Source: Leptolyngbyaceae cyanobacterium (GTDB lineage Bacteria > Cyanobacteriota > Cyanobacteriia > Phormidesmidales > Phormidesmidaceae). Taken from it: a DNA stretch of 64,000 bases. Position 1 is the stretch's first letter. The number at the start of each line of letters is the position of its first letter. The DNA is taken from NCBI GenBank assembly GCA_965263355.1, contig CBDHHL010000056.1:512001-576000 (forward strand), in the 5' to 3' direction. The notes under the pieces are model-generated. The model was not told the origin of the DNA. It made no database searches and worked only from the letters and a program-made list of their open reading frames with translations. This document shows, in pieces, positions 18,279 to 28,439 of this stretch. A program made the translations under genes and the position numbers.

Positions 18279-19496
18279 CTATAAAAGTTGAAAAGTTGTT
18301 TGAGGTTGGTAGTTTGGAAATAGCTGAGATCGCAGATCTGCTCCGAGATCAAACTGTTGCCCCAAGAGCGATAGTAAGACATCTCGAATATCGGTAGTGA
18401 TGGCCAGATCACGCAACTGATCTTTATCAGAGGGCTCCAAACCAGGCCATTTACCATAAAGCCGTCGACCTCGAATACCACCACCCATCAACCATAGAGC
18501 ATTGCCATAGCCGTGGTCGGTGCCACCACTACCATTCTCAGCCACCGTGCGGCCAAATTCTGACATCACGACAATGACTGTATTCTCATAGACAGCTCCT
18601 AGACCTTGAACCAGGGTTGTTAGGCCAGCCCCTAGAGAACCCAAATGACGATTCAAAAGCCTAGTTTCATTCACATGAGTATCCCATCCACCCAATTCCA
18701 TAAAGGCTAATTGTGTTCTAGCATCTCCCGACATTAACTGCGCAAGATACTGAGCACTGGCCACAAACTTTGCAGGCGTAGGGGCTCCCTTTGAAGCTGT
18801 CTTCATTTCATCCGTCAACTCACGCAATAGACTATCACGCGCGATACGGCCCTCTTTATACACTGGTCCCAGCTGATCGTGATTCGCATAAAGGTCATCA
18901 AACGCTGCTTGGAGGCGAGGTTGATCAATCAATAATGGGCTAATGCCTCCATTCTTAACTGTCAGACTAGCAACAGATTCTGAGCCAGCAAAAATCAGGG
19001 GTAAGTTTTCCCCAATATTCACTGCCTGGGTAGAGGTACTGTTTGGCAGCAAGGCCAATAGTCGATTTAACCAACCTTTAGAGAGAGATGTTACGTCAAG
19101 AGTCCCCGTTTCCAGGTAATCTTGGGCTTGAAAATGAGATCGGGAGGTATCCCGTAATCCACAGGCCTGGACAAATGCTAGATGTCCCGCCTGCCACTCT
19201 GGCATTAATGGCGCTAGGGCTGGATGCAAACCAAATTCACCATCCAAGTCCAAAACCCCATCCGTCTCGCCCGGTTTAGCCAGGGCAATCGTCGGCCTCA
19301 ATTCATAGTAATCAGACTCTTGATAGGGCACGACAACATTAAGCCCATCAACAGCTCCCCTAAGGAAAATAACAATTAATCGAGGTGAGCTAACGGTCTG
19401 GGCGGCTCCTCGCCAAACCCATCCGTGGGTGCCCACTGAGATCAGTCCTGAGGCTCCCAACAGGGCTGTTCGCTGAAGAAAGTGACGTCGTTTCAT
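18279..19496 (-). CDS. DUF1501 family protein with Tat signal
   Basis: MKRRHFLQ twin-arginine signal and motifs FLRGAVDGL, RSHF, GGWDTH, SEFGRT, GTDHG. Confidence 0.9.
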   Translation of the reverse strand: MKRRHFLQRTALLGASGLISVGTHGWVWRGAAQTVSSPRLIVIFLRGAVDGLNVVVPYQESDYYELRPTIALAKPGETDGVLDLDGEFGLHPALAPLMPEWQAGHLAFVQACGLRDTSRSHFQAQDYLETGTLDVTSLSKGWLNRLLALLPNSTSTQAVNIGENLPLIFAGSESVASLTVKNGGISPLLIDQPRLQAAFDDLYANHDQLGPVYKEGRIARDSLLRELTDEMKTASKGAPTPAKFVASAQYLAQLMSGDARTQLAFMELGGWDTHVNETRLLNRHLGSLGAGLTTLVQGLGAVYENTVIVVMSEFGRTVAENGSGGTDHGYGNALWLMGGGIRGRRLYGKWPGLEPSDKDQLRDLAITTDIRDVLLSLLGQQFDLGADLRSQLFPNYQPQTTFQLL

Positions 19497-19506
19497 TGCG
19501 GTTGCC

Positions 19507-20895
19507 TCATCGGTACATCATGTCAGGACTGCCTAAAATTAAGGCATGGCGTAGGTGCACAGGCGCACTGTCGATAACAGTACGAGTTTTGGGAGACAAC
19601 TGAGCATCTAAAGCTTGCAATAAGACTGCAATATTCAGATTATCTTTTTTAGCGAGCTGCGCCGCGCCGATTGCAAAGCTGACACGACGTAGCATGGCAT
19701 CTGGACTCAGCCAAGTCGTTTTAACCTGGGAGTAACCATCCGGTGTTTGACAGCGGTAGAGCGGCATTCCCAATTGCTGCATCGCTCGCGTTAGCCGTCT
19801 TAATGTCTCCTGAGAAGGGGAAGTCATACCTGTGGCCCGAGCTAGGGAAATTAAATATTGGTAAGGTGTCTTAAACTTACGTTGGTAATAAGTTGAATCC
19901 CAAAAGTCGGGACTCTTAAACAGTGTTGATAAGACATTACGAATGTCACCATCCGTGGCTAAAAAACGATCTGCCAATCGTTTGACTAAATTATCGGGGG
20001 GAGTATCAGCGACAAAGTACTGAGCTAGTTTATACCCAATATGATGGGCTGTGGCTGGATGTCGAGCCAGGATATCCAGGGCGGTTTCAATCTCGTCCAT
20101 GCCTCCCCCGGCTATAGTCTGGCCAATCAGCACCTTATCGCTGGTATCGTGGCGCTTGGGAAAAAACTTAAAGCCACTTCCATCAGAACTATGCTTGCGG
20201 CGTTTTACCAACCCCCAACCGGTCAAAATCCGAGTCAGACTTTCTACGTCTGCTTGAGTGTATCCACTATTGACGCCAAGGGTATGTAGCTCCATAAGCT
20301 CGCGGGCATAGTTCTCATTCAGCCCTTGAGATAAGCGACTAGCATAGTCACTGTTAGGGTCTATGTTGCGCCAATTGTCCAAATAAAAGAGCATGGCTGG
20401 ATGTTTAGCCGTTGCCCCCAATAAATCCCGAAATTTACCCAGGGCATGGGGGCGAATTGCTGTCTGCTCATAGACTCCAGCCCACAGTTTGATTGGCCCC
20501 TTCCCCACAAACACATTAAAATGATTGAACCAAAAGTCCACCATGACCTCTTGCAGCTGGCGAGGGCTTGCAACAGCCCTGAGTAATCGGGCCTGTATCG
20601 CTTCTTGCAACACCTGCCTCTGACGCTGCCTCAAAGATTTTCGTTCTGTCTCGGGCAGGGATGAGTTATTCAGAGGCACTGCGTATTGCTCAAACAGCTC
20701 AACCGGGGATAGTTTGAGGGTAGATAGCTGTCGTAATCTTTTGGCCAGAAAAGCCGGTTCAGACAAGCCAGTGGGGTTTAGCTGAGCTTGAATATAAGCA
20801 TCGACGCTATTACGTTCAAACTGCTGGCGATCATCAGGACGAGTTCCCAGGCTCAAACGATTTAGAACGTGAGTAATGCGTTGTACCGAATTCAC
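19507..20895 (-). CDS. DUF1800 family protein
   Basis: FWFNHFNV, AMLFYLDN and NENYARELMELHTLG motifs. Usual partner of DUF1501. Confidence 0.9.
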   Translation of the reverse strand: MNSVQRITHVLNRLSLGTRPDDRQQFERNSVDAYIQAQLNPTGLSEPAFLAKRLRQLSTLKLSPVELFEQYAVPLNNSSLPETERKSLRQRQRQVLQEAIQARLLRAVASPRQLQEVMVDFWFNHFNVFVGKGPIKLWAGVYEQTAIRPHALGKFRDLLGATAKHPAMLFYLDNWRNIDPNSDYASRLSQGLNENYARELMELHTLGVNSGYTQADVESLTRILTGWGLVKRRKHSSDGSGFKFFPKRHDTSDKVLIGQTIAGGGMDEIETALDILARHPATAHHIGYKLAQYFVADTPPDNLVKRLADRFLATDGDIRNVLSTLFKSPDFWDSTYYQRKFKTPYQYLISLARATGMTSPSQETLRRLTRAMQQLGMPLYRCQTPDGYSQVKTTWLSPDAMLRRVSFAIGAAQLAKKDNLNIAVLLQALDAQLSPKTRTVIDSAPVHLRHALILGSPDMMYR

Positions 20896-21114
20896 AATCC
20901 TGTACCAAAGCCCTCTTATACAGTCAAGTCTAATATGCCCACCTGATTCTAGCGTCTCAATTTATTCTACGCCCCTGCTCCGTATTCGAGATCGCATGCT
21001 TCACTTCAAAGGTTTAACTAGTCTTAGAGCTACATTAACCTGGACGATCTAATTATTAGAAGGGATTCATAAAATCAAAATACCATTATTTCTTTCTAAA
21101 AAGAAAAGATTAGT

Positions 21115-22133
21115 ATGTTGCGATCGACGCTGCAAGGCTACTACCAACAACGCTTCTGCTCACCCTCGCCATCTTTCCCAGTGCAGCCAAAGCGGCTGAT
21201 CAGCTTATCGGTATAGACAATAACCGATACTTTATCGATGTTCCTGAAGGAGAAATCAACACCTTCTTTGACTGGACAGCCGATTTCCCCGAACTTATTG
21301 CAGCCCATCGTGGCGGTGGATTTCTCCCTGGTTTTCCTGAAAACGTGATTGAAACCATGGACAATAGCCTGCGCTTTGGGCCAACCATCATGGAAATCGA
21401 CATTCAGCGCTCTTTGGATGGTGTTCTACTGTTGATGCATGATGACACCTTAGATCGCACCACTACCGGCAGTGGCCTGGTAGCTGAGACTGATTGGGCG
21501 ACCATTCAAACCCTCAATGCCGTTGATAACTTTGGTAAAACCACATCCTTTGGTATCCCTTCACTAAAAGAGACTCTGGAATGGGGCAATGATCGAGCAC
21601 TATTTGCGCTAGATCTAAAAGCAGATGATTTTGTCGACGAAGTCATTGGTCTAGTAACTGATCTGGAGGCAGAAGACGATGTTTTCTTCTTTGCTGACAG
21701 TGTTGATCAAATGTTAGCGGTTTATAACCTGAATCCTGACATTCACTTTGCCCTGTTTATGACCCCCGATACCCGAGAAGATTTGGTCACAGCCGTTGAC
21801 GAATCTCCCATTCCCCTAGAAAGTCTCACTGCATTTACAGTGGCCCCAACTACTGACCCCGCTTACAATCAGGCCCTTCATGACCAGGGTATCACCAGCA
21901 TCTTTGGTGCCTTTATTCCTGAATTCGGGTTGTCTCAGGAAGATGCAATTTCACTATACCAAGACCTGACTAGTCAGGGTGTGGATTCCATTTCCACCAA
22001 CCGAGTCCCTGATCTAGGAGCAGCGTTAGGGTATGAGCCCCAACCTGTCCCTGAACCTGGTGCAACAACTGCTATTTTGTTAGCACCGTTTGTGTTAGCC
22101 TGGGCAAAGCGTCTCCGTCGTAACTCCCACTGA
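21115..22133 (+). pseudogene. Secreted glycerophosphodiester phosphodiesterase with PEP-CTERM, frameshifted near 21135 (or sequencing error)
   Basis: The long frame contains signal-like LLPTTLLLTLAIFPSAAKA and catalytic AAHRGG upstream of the listed GTG 21345, but is closed by TAG 21111. ATG 21115 is off by one base. C-terminal VPEP plus hydrophobic segment and basic tail. Confidence 0.75.
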
Positions 22134-22167
22134 TACTGCTTTCAGGTATTAATCTATCGCGTGCGGC

Positions 22168-22201
22168 AAAAGCTCAGTTATGGCCATAACTGAGCTTTTT
22201 T
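22168..22201 (+). terminator. Intrinsic terminator
   Basis: AAAAGCTCAGTTATGGCCATAACTGAGCTTTTTT is a perfect palindrome with a U-tract. Confidence 0.75.
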
Positions 22202-22521
22202 GTATCCATAGAACAATTAACCAGTAAAACGTAACAAAAGAAAAAATCGTTTTTGATAGTGATAAAAAAGACTTTATGAAAGTTATCGCTAACAAATTAC
22301 TTGAAAAGGGTGTACGTCTGACCGATAAATAAATGTTCTTATTATCACATTAATCTTATTTAATGATTTGAAAACCTTTTGTTGGCCAGGGGTTGACCTA
22401 TTGTTTTCTTGGGGGAATTTCTACAGTCCAAAGAGGTGGATAATGATTGTTACTTTCAGTCTTTTTAAGAGGAAAATAAGGTCTCTATCCTAGTAGGTTT
22501 TGCATGATTTAGAGGTGAAAA

Positions 22522-23775
22522 ATGGTTCGCGTAAAAGGGTTCGCGTCGTTTCTTGCTGATTCCTTTGCAGAGGGGGCAGCGATTTCCACTCCCAACATTC
22601 CCACCTTCAATACATTAAATGGACAAGCTCCCATTATTATCGGCCACCGGGGTGCCTGCGGTCTTTGTCCCGAGCACACATTAAATGGTTTCCATCTAGC
22701 CTTAGAGCAAGGGGCTGACTTTATTGAGACCGACTATGTTATGACCAAGGATGGTGTACCCATTGTGCGCCATGATCCCCTGCTCAATAATACAACCGAT
22801 ATTCTGGATCATCCTGAGTTTGCCGATCGTAAAATGACAAAGGTGATTGATGGTGTTAAAGCTACAGGATTCTTTGCAGAAGATTTTACGCTGGAAGAAA
22901 TCAAAACGCTCAAGGCGAGACAGCCACGTCCCGAACGTAGCGATGCCTTTGATGATATCTTCGAAATTCCTACCATGGCTGAAGTGATTCAGCTGGTCAA
23001 AGACTTTGAAGCAGAAACAGGGAAGAAAGCAGGTATTGTCCATGAGCTTAAGCACAATGCTTATTTTGATAGCATTGGCTTGAATTTGGAAGAAGCCACT
23101 GTGCGGGTAATGGTGGAAGAAGACTTTACTGATCCTGAGCAGAATATTATCCAAACGTTCCAAATTGCACCGCTAATTGCCCTGGATAAAGAGATCATGC
23201 CTGCGGCGGGCATTGATGTGCCTCTGCATCAACTGACAGGTGCTGCTGCAAAGAACGTTAGCCCCGATTTTTCGTTTCCCTACGATGTGGTGACGAACTT
23301 TAGCAATCCTGACTTTACCGAGGAAGATGCTCGGACGGTTTATGGTTACTTGGTGGATATCGTTGACCTGAATGCGGAGACTGGCTACGGTGATTTGTTG
23401 GCCCTGTCTGAATTCTATGAATTTATGGCCACCTACGCCGAAGCGGTCAACCCCTGGAAAAATACGATTCTGTTGCGGGAGGGCTTGGCGGAACCCGTTG
23501 ACGGTGATGGTAATGGGGTGGCCGAAATTCGCAGCCAACTAACAGGCGAGGTGTTCCCGCTGATCGACCTGGCCCACGATGCTGGGTTATTGGTGAATGT
23601 ATACACCCTGCGGGATGAGGAGCGTTATCTAACTCTAAACCCTGATGGTTCAGTGCAAACGCCCGCCCAAGAAGCGGCTGATTTGATCAAACTGGGGGCA
23701 GATGGTTTGATTGGGGATCACCCCCTGACCATCTCTCAGGTGCGGGACCAGATCGTGGCAGATGGGATGCGCTAA
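22522..23775 (+). CDS. Glycerophosphodiester phosphodiesterase (GlpQ-like)
   Basis: IIGHRGACG..PEHTL, GADFIETD.V.TKDG...RHD, YTLRDE and GADGLIGDHP motifs. Confidence 0.9.
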   Translation: MVRVKGFASFLADSFAEGAAISTPNIPTFNTLNGQAPIIIGHRGACGLCPEHTLNGFHLALEQGADFIETDYVMTKDGVPIVRHDPLLNNTTDILDHPEFADRKMTKVIDGVKATGFFAEDFTLEEIKTLKARQPRPERSDAFDDIFEIPTMAEVIQLVKDFEAETGKKAGIVHELKHNAYFDSIGLNLEEATVRVMVEEDFTDPEQNIIQTFQIAPLIALDKEIMPAAGIDVPLHQLTGAAAKNVSPDFSFPYDVVTNFSNPDFTEEDARTVYGYLVDIVDLNAETGYGDLLALSEFYEFMATYAEAVNPWKNTILLREGLAEPVDGDGNGVAEIRSQLTGEVFPLIDLAHDAGLLVNVYTLRDEERYLTLNPDGSVQTPAQEAADLIKLGADGLIGDHPLTISQVRDQIVADGMR

Positions 23776-23890
23776 TAAAACTTCGTGATTATTCAGAATT
23801 GCTTTGTAGATTCAGATGGTGGAGGTTTGGCAAATAGTGTTATTAGAGTGCGTTCGTAAACTAATATTAAGCAACCTGAGGAGTCTTTAA

Positions 23891-24034
23891 GGCACTGGGC
23901 TGGGGCTTTCCATCAGTTATTCAATCATCGTCAAGCGCCACTGCGGCACCCTAGAGTGCCATTCGACACCGAATGAGGGCACTGAGTTCGTAGTCTCCAT
24001 ACCTATCACAACGAAGTCCAGAATGCCGTCTTGA
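23891..24034 (+). pseudogene. Orphan C-terminal fragment of a histidine kinase ATPase domain
   Basis: Translates GTGLGLSISYSIIVKRHCGTLECHSTPNEGTEFVVSIPI...*, i.e. G2 box onward, with no upstream gene. Confidence 0.85.
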
Positions 24035-24117
24035 TGAGGCGATAGGCATGGGATAGGTGCCTGTATACCCATTTACGTGAAGAGTGGAGTTATCCCCACT
24101 TTAGAGGACAATACAGG

Positions 24118-26145
24118 TCATACCATGCCCTGCAAAATCTCTAATTCCTGCTGAATGCTACCTTCCAACGACTTTAATCGTTCCACCGTTTGCTCACGAT
24201 TAATCTCATTCTGTTGTTTCTTTTCCACCAGACTGCTCAACTCTAATCGCCGTGCTGCAATATCGCTACTAATCCGCTCAATTGCCCGTTCTTCATAGGT
24301 GCCAAAACAATCTGTCACCGCCTTGTAAATTGGCTGCCACTGATCTGTTGCAATCTGGGGTAAGTATTTAACAAACTCTTCGCGCATTGCCCTGAGAAAC
24401 TCTTGGCGCACAAACTCTGCCTGTACGACTACAATGCCACCACCAGCGGCTATCACACCAACAATATTTAAGAACAAACTACTAAATAACAAACCTGAAA
24501 TTTGTTGTATGATCCAAACACAAACACAGGTTAATGTTCCTTGAAATAGGGATTGCCAAAAGTCGTTAAAGGGTTGAACTGCCTCATTCAGGGTGTAGGG
24601 AATCTCGTCAAAGATATCATGAATATTATCGCTCCATGGACGAGCCTCTTCGGCAATATCTGTATCAGGAGCGTAAAACTTACGACCCATCATTTTCTCG
24701 TGGATTACCTCGATCACCTCACTATAGGCCACCTGATAATCTGCAGCACTCTCGTTGAGTTCATCAAATACCTGACCAATTTTCTGTTTGACGGTAAACT
24801 CCCAAGCGGCTAGACGGTCATTTATATAACGTTCAAAGGCACGTTTGAATTCCTTGTAAAAGTTATCTCGTTCGTCTTCATCTAAAAAGTCGAGAAAGTC
24901 GAGATCGGGCTGAGATGCAACAAAATCGGATTCAAAGGTTTCTTCTAGATTGAGGATGTAGGTTTTGAAGGAATCGGCGATGGCTTTGGCGGTGCGATCG
25001 CACCGCCCCCGGATCAGCTGTTGGTAGTTATCCCGAATTTTCTCTAGTTTGCTAAATTCATCTTCTAACGAAGCTACCCGCTGCTGCAACTCACTCAGAT
25101 CTTCATCGAGTAACGGAATCCGCCGAGCCACCGATGCCTGCACTGTGCTGTAAGCCCGATGGGCCAGCTTAGCCGCCCGTCGTATTTCTACTTGACCCCG
25201 ACGTTGGGTCAAAAAAGATTCCAGGGCAGTCAAAAACGTATCTACTCCGCTACCGACCATAGAGTTACCCTGACGTCGCTGACGTAGGGCATTTAGAGCT
25301 GATACCTCAAACCAGCTGGCATCCTCTGGTAAGTTTTGGGCAAATACCTGCCGCTGCCGTTGCTCTGCTTCAGCCAACGCCACTGAGTCATGCTGGTTAA
25401 CCAGACCAAGTTTAATTCGGTCCCAGCCATTGACTACATAGAAACACTCTAGGTCACGGCTGTGTACATAATTTCTCAAATAGCGATGCTCATCCAATGT
25501 AATCGGCTGTAGTGCATCCAACACAAAGACCACCGCTTGGGCCTCGTTCAAGTAACTAAGGACTTGCTGATTGCGAGCTTCAGTATCGTTAAGGCCAGGA
25601 GTATCAACGATTTCTAAACCTGATTCGAGTAGCGGAACTGGACATTCAATCACCACATGGCTAATGTCGGAAAACGTATTGGCCGCCAACTTGCGGGCTT
25701 CATTGGCGGCAATGGTGTAATTGACACGGAAGGTGTCAAAGTCAACAATCTGAGGGGGCTTACCATCGTTGTAGTGCAGCGTGGCCCGTTGCTCTGGACC
25801 GTAGCGTAGCAGGCTCAGCAAGGCCGTACAGGGGGTTACATCGCTAGGTAGCAGTGCCTCACCTACCAGGGCATTGATTAGGGTACTTTTGCCACGCTTC
25901 ATTTCTCCCAGCACAACGATGCGATATTTACCCTGCTGTAGCTGCTCTGCCGTGCTCTTGAGGGTACGAATATGGCGAGTTAACCCCAGCCTACCGGATT
26001 TTTCGGTGGTTTCGGCTCGGTCCATAGCAGTCGCAATTTGGCTTAACACCTGAGCAGCTTGCTGGCGGTTATGGGTTAATACATCAAGGCTGGTTGCCAT
26101 GGATGGATGAGTATTAGAACCATTGGCTGCTGAGGGTATGACCAT
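24118..26145 (-). CDS. Bacterial dynamin-like protein
   Basis: GEMKRGKST P-loop, PCTA, DTPG and VNGWD motifs, then a helical trunk and a hydrophobic paddle. Confidence 0.9.
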   Translation of the reverse strand: MVIPSAANGSNTHPSMATSLDVLTHNRQQAAQVLSQIATAMDRAETTEKSGRLGLTRHIRTLKSTAEQLQQGKYRIVVLGEMKRGKSTLINALVGEALLPSDVTPCTALLSLLRYGPEQRATLHYNDGKPPQIVDFDTFRVNYTIAANEARKLAANTFSDISHVVIECPVPLLESGLEIVDTPGLNDTEARNQQVLSYLNEAQAVVFVLDALQPITLDEHRYLRNYVHSRDLECFYVVNGWDRIKLGLVNQHDSVALAEAEQRQRQVFAQNLPEDASWFEVSALNALRQRRQGNSMVGSGVDTFLTALESFLTQRRGQVEIRRAAKLAHRAYSTVQASVARRIPLLDEDLSELQQRVASLEDEFSKLEKIRDNYQQLIRGRCDRTAKAIADSFKTYILNLEETFESDFVASQPDLDFLDFLDEDERDNFYKEFKRAFERYINDRLAAWEFTVKQKIGQVFDELNESAADYQVAYSEVIEVIHEKMMGRKFYAPDTDIAEEARPWSDNIHDIFDEIPYTLNEAVQPFNDFWQSLFQGTLTCVCVWIIQQISGLLFSSLFLNIVGVIAAGGGIVVVQAEFVRQEFLRAMREEFVKYLPQIATDQWQPIYKAVTDCFGTYEERAIERISSDIAARRLELSSLVEKKQQNEINREQTVERLKSLEGSIQQELEILQGMV

Positions 26146-26368
26146 AAGAACGTACTAGAACTAAACCGAGAGTGGAAACTATTGACCAATGCAGCGTCAA
26201 TTCTAAGAATTTGGGCTAACATTTCCTGAAAAGCTTGATTTGCAGGGCTTCTAGAAAGTGCCTACCCCAAAATTTAATCTTGACGGACCACGAGTATTTT
26301 TCGACTATAAGCTATAGTCTAGTGTGCCTCAAATCCTTAAATCTGTGTTTTTGGATGTAGTTTAGAAA

Positions 26369-26390
26369 GGTATCAACTTTAGCCGGGTAA
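26369..26390 (+). repeat. Solitary end of the GGTATCAACT-type element, followed by heptamer repeats
   Basis: GGTATCAACTTTAGCCGGG resembles the TIRs at 17229 and 59006. AGTAGTG/AGTAATC repeats lie at ~26469-26500. Confidence 0.45.
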
Positions 26391-26596
26391 TCTTGGCTAG
26401 GTTAGATGTCGGAAGTCATAAGGGTAACGCCTTGGACTGAATCGTCAGAAATTTCGGATGGGATGGCGAGTAGTGAGTAATCAGTAGTGAGTCATTGAGT
26501 TAAGTGAATTGTAGATTACGCCTCATCTGACTAAATGACTACAATAAGGACATCTCTTGCACTAATATCCTTTGCGTCCCACTTGTTTGGTTGTCT

Positions 26597-27919
26597 ATGG
26601 CCATTCCTGACGACTATTACGCCCGGTTACAGGTATCGCCAGATGCCACTCAAGCAGACATTAAAGCGGCGTTTCGAAGGCTGGCTCGACGCTATCATCC
26701 TGACTTAAATCCCAATGATCCTAGAGCCCTTGAAAAGTTTCGGGCCCTGCACGAGGCCTACGAAGTGCTCATCGATCAGGTACGACGACAGCGCTATGAC
26801 TGCACGGGCACGACTGAGTACGACGGGACTCGACCTCGAACCGCCCCAGATTTTTATCTACGTGGCATTCAGCAAACCTTGGCGCGACGTTACAAAATAG
26901 CACTGGCAGATTTTGATCGGGCGATTGAACTCCAACCCAATTTGGCTGAAGCCTATTTGCGTCGGGCTCAAGTACGCTACATCTTAGAGGATGATGCTGG
27001 GGTGTTGGCGGACTGTCAGCAGCTGTTGCAGTTTACAAAGCAATTGCCTCAGACCTACTACTATCTGGGGTTAGCTCGCTATCGTCTAGGGTATACCGAG
27101 AGTGCGATCGCAGCCTTCACTGAGGCCATTGATCAAGAACCAGACGATCCCCAGGCGTATTTTCAGCGGGCTGTGGCCTATGAAGATATCCAGGAATGGG
27201 ATGAGGCTACCACTGATTTCCAAACCGCATCAATGCACTACCAGTCGCAAGGTGATCTAGAAGGCTATCATCGCAGTTGCGATCGCATCCACAACCTGCG
27301 CAAACAAAAACGGTTTAAGCTCAGCCAACCCACCCGCAGAATAGCAATCAAACGCTGGGGATTAGTAGGTCAATTTAATCGTCTACTATTTGGATTACTG
27401 GGCAACCCTGCAGAGGAGGTGCCTGAAATTTACAGCCATCTCAATCAACGTCAGGCTCTTCAGGTGGGTTGTTTACTCGCTACATTGGGGTTAGGCGGCT
27501 TTACCCTAGGAGGGTATGTTGTTGCTCTACAATCTTCCCCCCCATTAGATGTCAGCCAAAGCATTGCCCTCAGTGGCCTATGGATATCAGGATGTGCCAC
27601 ATTTTTAAGTCTGACAATTATGTTAGCTATTTCACGCCTCTGGCTACGATGTCACAGTAGCTGGGCTAGTGATACGTTTATTGCCGGAGCTACGGTTCTT
27701 CCTATGGGTATGCTTGTGCTGGTTACCCCTGTTGTCATCAATGTTCTATGGCTCTGGCTATTCTTGCTATGTATCGGTTTACACCATACTTGCCTCACCC
27801 TATACAGTGGCTGCCATCATATTCATCACTATTCCAAAGTTGTTACAACTTGGTTATCTCCTAGTTTGCTATTTATTTGCTTAAGTGTTGGCTATGTAGT
27901 GTGGAATACCTGGATATAA
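26597..27919 (+). CDS. DnaJ-domain + TPR + membrane domain protein
   Basis: J domain with HPD, TPR repeats and several C-terminal hydrophobic helices. ATG 26597. Confidence 0.88.
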   Translation: MAIPDDYYARLQVSPDATQADIKAAFRRLARRYHPDLNPNDPRALEKFRALHEAYEVLIDQVRRQRYDCTGTTEYDGTRPRTAPDFYLRGIQQTLARRYKIALADFDRAIELQPNLAEAYLRRAQVRYILEDDAGVLADCQQLLQFTKQLPQTYYYLGLARYRLGYTESAIAAFTEAIDQEPDDPQAYFQRAVAYEDIQEWDEATTDFQTASMHYQSQGDLEGYHRSCDRIHNLRKQKRFKLSQPTRRIAIKRWGLVGQFNRLLFGLLGNPAEEVPEIYSHLNQRQALQVGCLLATLGLGGFTLGGYVVALQSSPPLDVSQSIALSGLWISGCATFLSLTIMLAISRLWLRCHSSWASDTFIAGATVLPMGMLVLVTPVVINVLWLWLFLLCIGLHHTCLTLYSGCHHIHHYSKVVTTWLSPSLLFICLSVGYVVWNTWI

Positions 27920-28439
27920 CCCAAGGGCGTGCCAAACAGTATTCAACTATCAAAACGGTATTCAGACTAGTTTAAGCAAGATCTAGAAGAAATTAGACAA
28001 TGTCCTCATGTAGATAAAATTTTTTAATTTGTTACACCCAGTCTTCATGAGGGAGTATATTGACTAAAGCATAATTTAGCTAAATAATAGTTGTAGCTTA
28101 ATTATATATACTGAAGACTTCCAGGGTACGTCGATAGGACAGTGGAATGTTTGTTCCGCGAATTGAGAAGTATTTATAAACGTAAAAACACACAGAAAAT
28201 TATCTTACTGGGAAACACCAAATTTATCTACACATTCAGGTCCTGCTTCAATCTTTTTCATAGGAAAAAATCAAGTGCCCGTATGTGTAGAAACTTTTAG
28301 TGGTAGCGTTTTGGGCTTGGGTTAAGACGTCACTTTAATTTAGGATTGGGCAATGGCAAATTGGCTCTAATGTTATTAACAGTATCCAATTATTTGGAAT
28401 CATTTGAGGCCAGACACTTATAAAATATGCGTCCTTTAT

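Noticed and set aside
21010..21045. Pho boxes upstream of the two GDPD genes (also ~22350-22380)
   Set aside because: TTAAC-like units are present, but spacing and matches are too irregular to call.
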